A stretch of DNA of 64,000 nucleotides from a virus. Shown here piece by piece: positions 39,883 to 48,739 of this stretch (position 1 is its first letter; each line of letters begins with the position of its first letter). Under the pieces are notes generated by a model. It was given only the letters and a program-made list of their open reading frames with translations, ran no database searches and was not told the origin of the DNA. The position numbers and the translations under genes were made by a program. The DNA is taken from the IMG/VR virus record IMGVR_UViG_3300018059_000546. The stretch is one strand, 5' to 3'.

Positions 39883-40673
39883 GTTCCATCCTTGAAAACA
39901 AATTCTGTAATTCTGATCAACTTTAACCCTTTTTGCGTGAACCATTCTTCTTGATAACGATCAAAAATCCATTTCTGATGGATTCCAATGTCTCGGCTTG
40001 TTTTGCCCTGTTTGATTTCATCTAGAGGACGATCTAAACCGTGCCAATATGCGCCGTCATATTGAACGAATGTGTCAATTTCGGGAATGTAAAAATCGAT
40101 CGGCCAATTTGAATTGACTACCACGTGCCGATGAACATCGTCAAATATTTCAACTAATTCATCGAACATAGCATCTTCATGGGAAGATTTTTTGTATCCT
40201 CCAAAAAGTTTTCTTGTTTCATGGCCTTTCTTCCAAATTGCAGGACATTGCAACGGTTCACTAACACCAAATCTTGCTTGGCAAGTGGTTCGTCTTTTTC
40301 CCTTGACTATTTCAGATTGAAATGTATGTTCTACGCCATAATTTCGCAGAGTTGTTTCTTTCTTTTTAAGTTGCGACTGCGGCGATTTGTCGACGATTTT
40401 TTGTCGAATTTTTTGATCTTTCAACGGATGAATTACACCGTAATTTTGAAGAAATGTTTGTTCTTTCTTCAAATGAAGAAGACCACTAATTTGTGAACGT
40501 GTAACGCACGTAGTTGAACAAAAATGATGTTGTTCATTCACTTTCTTCTTCATGAACCTCCGGTGAAACAACAATCTACATTCATCGCATTGTAACTCTA
40601 ATACACGATGAAATTTTGGACCTTTCGATTCGGGTGGTCGATTATTCGAGATCGAAATCGTAGAAATATACAC
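39861..40673 (-). mobile_element. homing endonuclease, Vsr/DUF559-like with YGV repeats
   Basis: CDEC..FCSTTC, YGV repeats, WPIDFYI..VQYDGAYWHGLDRP. Confidence 0.8.
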
Positions 40674-40702
40674 AAAGATAAGTAATCATGAGTACCAAAA
40701 AA

Positions 40703-41278
40703 TTAGTCTTCATTGACCCTTTTGCTTAAAAGTGAGTGTAGCACGTTCCAATCAGAGGTTCTGACGACTCCTTTGGGAAGAATAGCTACCCGATTGTACG
40801 GGTGATCCCATAATACCGCAATTCCGTCCGGGTTGGCGGCGGCCCAAACAAGCACGTTTGCAGGTTTGTCGTCCACGAACATGTCACCTTGAACCTGCTG
40901 TTTTTCATGAGCGAAGATCACCTTCTTGCGTGAGATACCGAAATGATCTTCGATCCAATGAGCCCGTTCGTACATCCACGGACGAGCATCGACAGGTGCT
41001 GTAACAATGAGAACTTCGCAAGTTTCTCGGAACTTTTTCACGGCTACTAGAGCTTCAGGATAGGGTTTCATGCTCGCGCAATAATCTACCTGGCTGGCAA
41101 GTTCTCCAAATTTGACCCACATTTCAGGATGACCCAAAGATTCGAACACCTCCCAATGAGGGATCTCTTCTGGGGTGTATCGTTTACCTGTCTCTCTTTC
41201 GATGAGTCCCAACGCTTCAGTCGTAAAGTCGGCGAGAACACCGTCGCAATCGAGCAGAACTACAGGTATTTTCTTCAT
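40703..41278 (-). CDS. 5'(3')-deoxyribonucleotidase (HAD)
   Basis: DCDGVLADF, IVTAP, VDDKP, PYN. Confidence 0.9.
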   Translation of the reverse strand: MKKIPVVLLDCDGVLADFTTEALGLIERETGKRYTPEEIPHWEVFESLGHPEMWVKFGELASQVDYCASMKPYPEALVAVKKFRETCEVLIVTAPVDARPWMYERAHWIEDHFGISRKKVIFAHEKQQVQGDMFVDDKPANVLVWAAANPDGIAVLWDHPYNRVAILPKGVVRTSDWNVLHSLLSKRVNED

Positions 41279-41361
41279 TAGAATTGATCTTCTTCCGTAG
41301 AACCTACAAGCTGCAATTTCGTCGAATACGCCAACTTCAAAATCTGGGTTTTATCGAACAA
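41278..41361 (-). CDS. 27-aa small ORF (not in ORF track)
   Basis: GGAGG SD, TTG start, TAATG coupling to the nucleotidase. Confidence 0.45.
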   Translation of the reverse strand: MFDKTQILKLAYSTKLQLVGSTEEDQF

Positions 41362-41391
41362 TGTCAAAGCCTCCAAGTTATAGAAATCCTT

Positions 41392-41425
41392 ATTATATGG
41401 TACTATAAAGTGATCAAATTTGCAA
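41392..41425 (-). promoter_or_regulatory. sigma70-like promoter
   Basis: TTGCAA-17 nt-TACCAT with overlapping TATAAT, in an AT-rich intergenic gap. Confidence 0.55.
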
Positions 41426-41478
41426 AAAAATGGAACGTAGTGAAAACACTCGTTCCTCGATTTGCAAGAGATAAAGAT

Positions 41479-41757
41479 TTAGATGATTCGAAAATTATGC
41501 TGGTGGGGCCAACTCAGAACGACAACAATTCCATCGCTAGCAATTGCCAGCGCGCTCTTCCATCCCCCACCCCACTCTCCGATTTCTGATCTAGAAAGAG
41601 TTTGGATGACAACGAAAGTCTCTCCCGGTATCACGAACTCCCATTCATCCGACCCAGAAGCAGCCGAGTAAAAGTGGGCGGAAGTTTCTTCGGTAGCATG
41701 AAGCACATCTCCATCATGCAAGATGCTGGATCCTGATTTGGGAAGTTTTCGCTTCAT
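41479..41757 (-). CDS. hypothetical protein
   Basis: ATG at 41757. Confidence 0.55.
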   Translation of the reverse strand: MKRKLPKSGSSILHDGDVLHATEETSAHFYSAASGSDEWEFVIPGETFVVIQTLSRSEIGEWGGGWKSALAIASDGIVVVLSWPHQHNFRII

Positions 41758-41773
41758 GTTGTGAAGAGTGATG

Positions 41774-42253
41774 TTAGTAACCCGTATTGATCCTTCGCAC
41801 GTTCTCAAGGCCCTTCTTCATGTACGCTGCGAAGAGTTCTTCCTTAGAGATTCCGGATGCGATTACGATCTCAAGATAGAAGTGTAGAGCATCTGAAAGT
41901 TCTTCGATGTACTCTTCCCTATCGACAGATCCCACGTCGGCGGCCCGATGATCCTTCTGTTTAAGGTGTTGACGGGCTTCGTGGAGCTCGTCCGCACATT
42001 CGTAACTGATTTGTTTGAGAAACTTCTGTCCTGCTTTGGAAGTGAGATCGACCGGAAATTCCGGAAATCCTCTTTTCTCTCGAAGCAAGTTCATGAATGA
42101 TTTCTGTTGTTCCCAAATCGCATCGAAGCGATCGATTTTCTCGTTAGCATCCATGAAGTCCTTGCAATCGCATTGCCCGCAGGCAAAAAAAGCACCGGGC
42201 ATCACAACGTGATCGCTCTCGGTGTGCTTACACTTACACACCGGATCGCTCAT
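41774..42253 (-). CDS. all-alpha dNTP pyrophosphatase (dimeric dUTPase / T4 gp56 dCTPase-like)
   Basis: DELHEA...EELSDALHF...YMKK...N..RI..GY. Confidence 0.82.
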   Translation of the reverse strand: MSDPVCKCKHTESDHVVMPGAFFACGQCDCKDFMDANEKIDRFDAIWEQQKSFMNLLREKRGFPEFPVDLTSKAGQKFLKQISYECADELHEARQHLKQKDHRAADVGSVDREEYIEELSDALHFYLEIVIASGISKEELFAAYMKKGLENVRRINTGY

Positions 42254-42498
42254 TCTGCGTCGCCACCCGTCGAGTTCATACGCTCCGCCATTTCAGCGTT
42301 GATCTTCTCGAATCCTGCCTGAACCTGCTGCAAGTAGGCATCGGTCAGTTGAAGCTTTCCCTCTCCGTCGACGTCGACCCGAATCATTCTCATGTGATCC
42401 GTGATGTCGGTTCCAGACATCATACCCTCTTGGAGGATCTGGACGACGCGGGCAATGACGTTATCACTCAACTGGTACGAATCTTTTTCCTGGCTCAT
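42250..42498 (-). CDS. hypothetical protein
   Basis: Coupled; GTDITDHMRMI. Confidence 0.65.
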   Translation of the reverse strand: MSQEKDSYQLSDNVIARVVQILQEGMMSGTDITDHMRMIRVDVDGEGKLQLTDAYLQQVQAGFEKINAEMAERMNSTGGDAE

Positions 42499-42656
42499 TT
42501 GTTTTCTTTCTTGTTTGGGTAGATCTTCGGAAATTTGTCCCGAATAGTCTCAAGGTACTTCACTACGTCTTCGGGAGGAGTGTCGCCGACATCGACCTCG
42601 TACACAACGTGGTCGGGTGTCGAAAGACCGGGACGAAAATGAGGATTGTCTGTCAA
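42495..42656 (-). CDS. 53-aa protein resembling a gp20 portal segment (not in ORF track)
   Basis: TTGA and ATGA overlaps at its two ends; VYEVDVGDTPPEDVVKYLETIRDKF. Confidence 0.6.
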   Translation of the reverse strand: MTDNPHFRPGLSTPDHVVYEVDVGDTPPEDVVKYLETIRDKFPKIYPNKKENK

Positions 42657-42907
42657 CGGTCTCGCCCTTCGCAGGTAGAGATAGCCGGTGCAAGCAAGAC
42701 TTCCCTGGACTCCACGAGTTTGTCGAGCTTACCTTCGAAGTCCTTAGAGTTGACGAACTCAACCCCCATTTTGGTCTCGTCTCCAACGCGCAGTGCGTAG
42801 GACATTCGAACACCCGCCGTGGTGCGCTTGAACTCAAGCGAGATTGTCTTGACGTTGGGATCACGGCCCATCTGCTGGAGAATCATGTCTAAGTTGTTCA
42901 TTTTCAT
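42653..42907 (-). CDS. hypothetical protein
   Basis: Coupled. Confidence 0.6.
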   Translation of the reverse strand: MKMNNLDMILQQMGRDPNVKTISLEFKRTTAGVRMSYALRVGDETKMGVEFVNSKDFEGKLDKLVESREVLLAPAISTCEGRDR

Positions 42908-43173
42908 TTTCCTTGGAGGACCTGTCGAATCGATTGGACGAGCTCTTTCGGAAGAGCTGACATTTTCACGTAGCTCTCTACGTTCAAGTTGACCTCTGGG
43001 ATATTAGCACCTTCGTGCACGGTTAGACTCTGGGTTGGAACGAGAAAGAACGCATAGTCAGGAGCATTCTCATCGCAAGTCTTGATGATGGGAGTAGATA
43101 GAGACGTGATTGTGTCCGCATCTCGATCGTCGTACAAATGACTTGTACGTTGGTTGTAGTCTCTTGTCGTCAT
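42904..43173 (-). CDS. hypothetical protein
   Basis: Coupled. Confidence 0.6.
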   Translation of the reverse strand: MTTRDYNQRTSHLYDDRDADTITSLSTPIIKTCDENAPDYAFFLVPTQSLTVHEGANIPEVNLNVESYVKMSALPKELVQSIRQVLQGK

Positions 43174-43758
43174 TTAGAACCTAAACTCTCGGAGGATTTC
43201 TCTGAAGGTATCATCCGGATTGTCTGCGACGTAGATGTCGGTGACTTCCGTATATTGATTCCTCCAGGTCCGTGAATTGTAAAACGCAGCCACTGTTTTT
43301 TGCAAGGAATCGTCCTTCTCATAGATGTCACGAGGAACCTCTCTGAGCGTTGGATTTCCTGATAACAGGAATACCTGGTCCGGCTTCACAAGCATCTTGG
43401 ACATGATTCTGATGACAGAGGAAGGTACACCTGTAGCAAGACCGTACGCTTGCATCGACAGGTCCCATCGGTCCATGATGATGACATCCATTTCACGCTT
43501 GAGTTTAGCAAGGCGGCCGTACTGGAAATGCATCTTGTTGATGAACTGCATCACCTGAAAGAGCATAGGGTGCTCCAGAGCCCAACCGCTTTCTAGAGTC
43601 CGATAGATGTCAGCGTAGAAAACAGATTCCATGTCGGGACTCTTGATGTAACACGCCCGAAATCCCGAGTCTTCAAGATATTTGAGAAGTCGTTTGGCGT
43701 GGGTTGTTTTTCCCGCAGAATCGCATCCTTCGAGACTAACAAGGCAACAAATTTTCAT
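43174..43758 (-). CDS. tmk: thymidylate kinase
   Basis: EGCDSAGKTT, IMDRW..S..AYG, KPD, DIYE. Confidence 0.88.
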   Translation of the reverse strand: MKICCLVSLEGCDSAGKTTHAKRLLKYLEDSGFRACYIKSPDMESVFYADIYRTLESGWALEHPMLFQVMQFINKMHFQYGRLAKLKREMDVIIMDRWDLSMQAYGLATGVPSSVIRIMSKMLVKPDQVFLLSGNPTLREVPRDIYEKDDSLQKTVAAFYNSRTWRNQYTEVTDIYVADNPDDTFREILREFRF

Positions 43759-43931
43759 TTTTGAATTCCAAGATCTATTCCTCGAACGATCGCTTCTTCG
43801 ATGAGAAATCTGGACATTGTGTCGTTTGCTGACGAACTCTCGCAGGTCAGATGAAACTCGTACTCGTCAACTAGTTGTTTATCGTCTAATTTTTTGACAA
43901 ATTCCAAAAGAAGTTTTTCAACTGTGTTCAT
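43755..43931 (-). CDS. 58-aa hypothetical protein (not in ORF track)
   Basis: MNTVEKLLLEF...GIQK; ATGA overlaps at both ends. Confidence 0.55.
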   Translation of the reverse strand: MNTVEKLLLEFVKKLDDKQLVDEYEFHLTCESSSANDTMSRFLIEEAIVRGIDLGIQK

Positions 43932-44581
43932 TCAAATGGCTCTCTGATTCTACCATCTATAGTAAGCCCGAAGGCCTCCAAAGACATGGAGAAGTTCTGT
44001 AACTCCGACACTTGCTGAAGCATCTTACGAGCCAAATTTCTGACTTCTAACTGAGCATGTTTCGAATATCGCAGGCGAAGAAAATGAACGAAGCTCCGAA
44101 AGTTGAACATGACGTCCGCCGTCAGTTGGTTTCCGTACGGAATGTAGAGACGAGCAGATTCTTTGGCTCTCTTTCTGTTCATCCCTTTGGCGACGAGACG
44201 TTCGATCGCATCGTGGTACTTCTTGAGACAACCCTCCATGTGCTCAATGTACAGGAGTTGCTCGGCTCCGTCCCAATCCACGGGAACGTAGAATTTGTCG
44301 TCCTTGAGTTCTTTGTACCGAGCAGATTCCGCGTTCACAGACACACCCACCCGGTGCTTGATCAAGTGAATATGGGTTGCAACGTCCGTTGTGACGAGAA
44401 AATGGATGCTCGATTTTTCGAACGGCGTTTCATGGGCATTCGAAGCGAGCATCGTAAGAAGACCCTTGATGCGACATCTTTTATCGTCAGTCAGATCTCT
44501 TGACGTGCTGGTCCATGCTGACAAGGCATGGGTTTCGTCTCCACCGTAGGTACCAATCAACTCGACGAGGTTGTCATTCAT
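43928..44581 (-). CDS. thyX: flavin-dependent thymidylate synthase
   Basis: HETPFE, KHRVGVSVNAESARY, ESAR, NFRSF.HFLRLR..HAQLEVR. Confidence 0.93.
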   Translation of the reverse strand: MNDNLVELIGTYGGDETHALSAWTSTSRDLTDDKRCRIKGLLTMLASNAHETPFEKSSIHFLVTTDVATHIHLIKHRVGVSVNAESARYKELKDDKFYVPVDWDGAEQLLYIEHMEGCLKKYHDAIERLVAKGMNRKRAKESARLYIPYGNQLTADVMFNFRSFVHFLRLRYSKHAQLEVRNLARKMLQQVSELQNFSMSLEAFGLTIDGRIREPFE

Positions 44582-44787
44582 TTGTCTTCTGTTCCGGTTT
44601 CGGCTGGTAGCTCCATTCTCTTCAGAGCTGCTTCTGCGCTGTTTGGTTTCAGATTAATTCTCACGTCTACGGTGTACTCTTGAGAGATGAATCCCTGTTC
44701 GTATAGAGGCGGGAGAATCGTTTCGCTCATGATCTTGTGGACGAAATGACGAAGAGCTTTTAGGGTTTCTCTTTCGATTTTTGTCAT
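44578..44787 (-). CDS. hypothetical protein
   Basis: Coupled. Confidence 0.55.
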   Translation of the reverse strand: MTKIERETLKALRHFVHKIMSETILPPLYEQGFISQEYTVDVRINLKPNSAEAALKRMELPAETGTEDK

Positions 44788-47318
44788 CCGCACTTGCTCC
44801 AAGTGCAGCTCGTGCCGTCGGGATTAGTTCCACCAAGGCATTGCATGCACCCTTGTTGGTATATCAAGGTCAGCCCGCCGCACCCTGGGCATGTCTTTTG
44901 ATTCGTCGACTTCGTTCCATCTACGATGTACTGCTTCAGAACGCGGGCGATGACTCTTGAGAATGATTGCATGTCATCGCTCTCCTGCTTTTGAAGTTGC
45001 TCGACGACGTAGGAAACAGGAATCCCATGACGGAGCGACAGAGAAATCATGCGTGTGAAGGATCCAAAGGTCGGATTATCGAATGTCGATACGACGTCCT
45101 TGATGAGAATTTCATCGTCGTCTCCGATAGGAATAGCGATGTTGTATGTAGAAATACCGTTCACTTTCCCATTCTTGATTAGTCTTCCGTGCTTGCGCTT
45201 CTTTGGAATTTCGATGTACTTCGAGAGGCCGCCAAAAACTTCGAATGGGCGGCCCTCGAACAATCCAACGATGATCGTCCAATCTTCTCCGTGAACCTTC
45301 GCACGATGGATCTCGCACGACAGTTCCTTCGGGCGTTTGGGAGCATGAGATTCGACGATCTGCTCCGGTTGCCCAGTAGCCGATTTCTTTTCTTCGATAG
45401 CAGCAAGAACACCCTTACGAGAATTCTCTCGGAATGCCGTGAGACCCTTGCATCCCGATCTCCACGCTCTCAAATACACATCAGAAAGAGTGTCTACAGG
45501 AACAGTTTCGGGAAGATTGCAAGTCTTCGAAATGCTGTGTTCGACCCACTTTTGAGCTGCGGCTTGCAAGTCGACGCTCGCGACCCAGTCTATCTCGTTA
45601 GCGGTCGCTCCCAAGTAGGGAGATTCTTCGACCTTCGTTTTTCCAGTCTTGTCCATCCAGATCTGGAAGGCACCATGGTAAATGTTGTACTTTTTCCAAT
45701 TGATCCCCGCCGAATCTGTTTCGTCGGCAATCGTACCAGAATCTATTTCGGACTGCGAAACTTTTCTGCGGCGGGAGTACACGAGCTTGTAAGCTGGTTC
45801 AATTCCCGAAGTCGTTCTAGTCAAAATCGACAAGCTACCAGCAGGGGCGGTCGTTGTGAGAGCGATGTTTCGACGCCCGAACTTCTCGAAGTCGGCATTA
45901 GTTTCATCCGATGAGGCATCAATAAGTCGCTGCATAAAAACGTGTCCGTGATGCGCACCCGGAATCCAAACTGGGAATGCGCCACGTTCTTTGGCGAGAT
46001 TCACACTGGAAGCATGACATGCAACCGCCAACGCCTTGTAGATCTGCTCTACAAATTCGATCGACTCCGGACCCGAGTACATCATCCCCAATGCAGCGAC
46101 AGCATCTCCCAGGGCCGTGATTCCCGTTCCCGTCCTACGACCGTTCACGCACTTTTCCCGAATCTTCACCCAGAGTTTGTATTCAGTTTCTTTTTCTTCG
46201 GCCGATTCTGGATCGGACTTGACCTTTTGAATGATCCTGTCAATTGCTTCGAGCTCGAGGTCGATGATATCATCCATGAGCCTCTGTGCTTTTTGTGTGT
46301 GCTCAGAAAAGAGCTTAAAGTCGAAACTAGCTGAGAGCCCGAAGGGATCAGAAACGTACGACAGCAGATTGAGGACGAGCAATCGGCAACTGTCGTACGC
46401 GCACAACGGAAGCTCTCCGCAAGGATTTGTGCATATCGTCTTGAATCCCTGATCAGCATAGATGTCTGCAGGACCGTCGTTAGTGATCCTATCCCAAAAA
46501 AGAATTCCAGGTTCTCCACCCTCTCCGGCAACTCCCCAAACGGAGTCTATCATTTTCTTCCAGAGTTCTTTCGCCCTAACGACCTTGGTAACTTTAGCGT
46601 CTGCGATCGAGGCCTCTACGGGCCAACGTAGGGTGAAGTCTGTATCATCTGTAACGGCCTTCATGAATTCGTCGGTCACACGAACAGAAACATTCGCGCC
46701 CTGAACCTTGCTGCCGTCTAACTTGATCGTAATGAATCTTTCGATATCAGGATGAGCGCAATGAATAGTCAACATCAACGCGCCGCGGCGGCCACCTTGG
46801 GCGACCTCTTCGGTTGTATTGCTGAATCTCTCCATGAAAATTCCAACACCGTCAGAAGTACCAGCAGCGTTAGCAACTTCGACTCCTCTCGGACGAATGT
46901 TCGAGATGTCCGCACCGACGCCTCCTCGACGTTTTTGAATCTGAGCGATCTCTTGGTCTGCTCTTAAAATAGAAGCGTACGAGTCGGCCGGACTTTCTAC
47001 AACGAAGCAATTGGAGAGACTCTGGAATTTGTACGGATTGCCGATAGCCGACATCGGGCTACCTTGTGGAACAACGTACTTGAAATCCTTGAGAAGAGAA
47101 TAGATTTCCTCTACGGTCATTCCTCCCGGGTACTTGGACTCGATTCGTGCGAATTCTTTTGCGAGACGATGATGCATCGAATCGGGAGACTTCTCAAGAA
47201 GTTCTCCCTTCGAATTACGAAGCGCATATTTCCCTATCCAAACGTCCGTAGCAATTTCGTCACCATCAAAGTATTCAAGCGTAGATTTACGGACTTGCTC
47301 AAGAGAAAACACGGCCAT
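44784..47318 (-). CDS. nrdJ: class II (B12-dependent) ribonucleotide reductase
   Basis: LSNCFV, QGGRRGA, TNPCGELPL, APAGS, SGIEP, C-terminal CPGC..GCxxC..WSKCG; no small subunit nearby. Confidence 0.92.
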   Translation of the reverse strand: MAVFSLEQVRKSTLEYFDGDEIATDVWIGKYALRNSKGELLEKSPDSMHHRLAKEFARIESKYPGGMTVEEIYSLLKDFKYVVPQGSPMSAIGNPYKFQSLSNCFVVESPADSYASILRADQEIAQIQKRRGGVGADISNIRPRGVEVANAAGTSDGVGIFMERFSNTTEEVAQGGRRGALMLTIHCAHPDIERFITIKLDGSKVQGANVSVRVTDEFMKAVTDDTDFTLRWPVEASIADAKVTKVVRAKELWKKMIDSVWGVAGEGGEPGILFWDRITNDGPADIYADQGFKTICTNPCGELPLCAYDSCRLLVLNLLSYVSDPFGLSASFDFKLFSEHTQKAQRLMDDIIDLELEAIDRIIQKVKSDPESAEEKETEYKLWVKIREKCVNGRRTGTGITALGDAVAALGMMYSGPESIEFVEQIYKALAVACHASSVNLAKERGAFPVWIPGAHHGHVFMQRLIDASSDETNADFEKFGRRNIALTTTAPAGSLSILTRTTSGIEPAYKLVYSRRRKVSQSEIDSGTIADETDSAGINWKKYNIYHGAFQIWMDKTGKTKVEESPYLGATANEIDWVASVDLQAAAQKWVEHSISKTCNLPETVPVDTLSDVYLRAWRSGCKGLTAFRENSRKGVLAAIEEKKSATGQPEQIVESHAPKRPKELSCEIHRAKVHGEDWTIIVGLFEGRPFEVFGGLSKYIEIPKKRKHGRLIKNGKVNGISTYNIAIPIGDDDEILIKDVVSTFDNPTFGSFTRMISLSLRHGIPVSYVVEQLQKQESDDMQSFSRVIARVLKQYIVDGTKSTNQKTCPGCGGLTLIYQQGCMQCLGGTNPDGTSCTWSKCG

Positions 47319-47363
47319 CTCGACTCCCATTACAGATCGAATATGCAAACTAGGCGTAAGTTA

Positions 47364-48731
47364 TCACGATGCTTGGAATTTCTTCCACTTTTCCAACAAC
47401 GCCTTGTGCATGTCATCCTTATCCTCGGCGCCTGCCGCCTCCGGAGTAGAACTATCACCCACTATTTCAAACGTGCTGCGCGCAGTATTGATCTTGGTAT
47501 TGTACACAAGACCGTCCCGCCCGAATCGATTTTTTGCCATAAAGAGTCGTCCCCATCCAGAAGCCTTTTCCATTGCTCTGCGAGAGATCGTTAGCACCAC
47601 GTCAGCGATAAATACCTTCCCGAAAGCTTCGGACATCTGAGTAACGTCAACAACTTCAGCTTCGGCTCCTTCACGATTGACCTGGCTTGCCGTTGCGATC
47701 GGAAGATTCAATTCTCCTGCAAGTCCCCGTAGCTCCCGATAGATCAAAGTAAGCTCGTGGCGGAGAGAATCGTACTGCCGAGTCGAGCGCATGATATCGG
47801 CATAGTCTACAAGTATCAGATCCGGACGGAAACCTTTCAAAGCAAGTTTCTCGACGTGAGCTTTTAATGTGTGAACTGTCGCGGTGTTCGTAGGGTAGTA
47901 CTTGATAAAGAGACGCCCCATGGGCATTCCCTTGTACATTTCTATAACGACGTTCTTATTCTCAATGAGATCGTTAGAATCGATAGCACAGAGATTAGAA
48001 TCGTAACGAAGGCCCGTTTGTTCTGCTGTCAACTCGAAAGTGTAGTGAAGAACGTTTTTCCCCGCTTTTAGAGCGTTCGCCCCCAACATCGTAAGGAAGT
48101 GGCTCTTTCCCACTCCAGAAGCAGCGGCGACCACGCAGAGTTCACCAGCCGCCAACCCGCCGTTCAAAATCCCTTTCTTGTCAAGTTGGGGTAGACCGGT
48201 CGGAACGCAATTGCGTTTCAGATCGACGAAGCGTTGTTCGAGGTCATTGAAAAAATCGTGTCCCAGGGAAGCTTCTGATCCCGCAAGGACAGCATTTTTG
48301 ACGACATCCACGATGGACTCGTACTTTTCCTTCTGGATGAGGTCAATCGCTTCCTCTAACGCACCCTTGAGAGCCTGCCGCTTGCAGAAATCGAGGGTCT
48401 TATCCTTTACGTACGGAAGATCCTCGAGGTAATCCTCTGCCTTGATGCGACGGACGAAATCGATAACCTGCGTTTTGAGAGCGATGTCAGCCGTAGCTTT
48501 CAGTTCGTCCTTGACGATAGTGATCAGAATTTCTAACGAAGGAAACGTTCGATACTTCTTAGCGTAGGAGAAGTAACGGTCGCTGAGATACTGAAGATAC
48601 TTGAGCGAGAAATACTCAGGCTTCATAACCTCGAGCGTCTGTTCTGCCCATTGTTTGTCTGTCAGCAATGCAACGACGATTTTTTCCTGAAACCCTGTGC
48701 CGTACTGATCGAAAGACGCTTCAACCGCCAT
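47364..48731 (-). CDS. DnaB/gp41-like replicative helicase
   Basis: AASGVGKS, YTFEL, VDYADIM, ASQVNR, KNRFG. Confidence 0.93.
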   Translation of the reverse strand: MAVEASFDQYGTGFQEKIVVALLTDKQWAEQTLEVMKPEYFSLKYLQYLSDRYFSYAKKYRTFPSLEILITIVKDELKATADIALKTQVIDFVRRIKAEDYLEDLPYVKDKTLDFCKRQALKGALEEAIDLIQKEKYESIVDVVKNAVLAGSEASLGHDFFNDLEQRFVDLKRNCVPTGLPQLDKKGILNGGLAAGELCVVAAASGVGKSHFLTMLGANALKAGKNVLHYTFELTAEQTGLRYDSNLCAIDSNDLIENKNVVIEMYKGMPMGRLFIKYYPTNTATVHTLKAHVEKLALKGFRPDLILVDYADIMRSTRQYDSLRHELTLIYRELRGLAGELNLPIATASQVNREGAEAEVVDVTQMSEAFGKVFIADVVLTISRRAMEKASGWGRLFMAKNRFGRDGLVYNTKINTARSTFEIVGDSSTPEAAGAEDKDDMHKALLEKWKKFQAS

Positions 48732-48739
48732 CGAATTCC

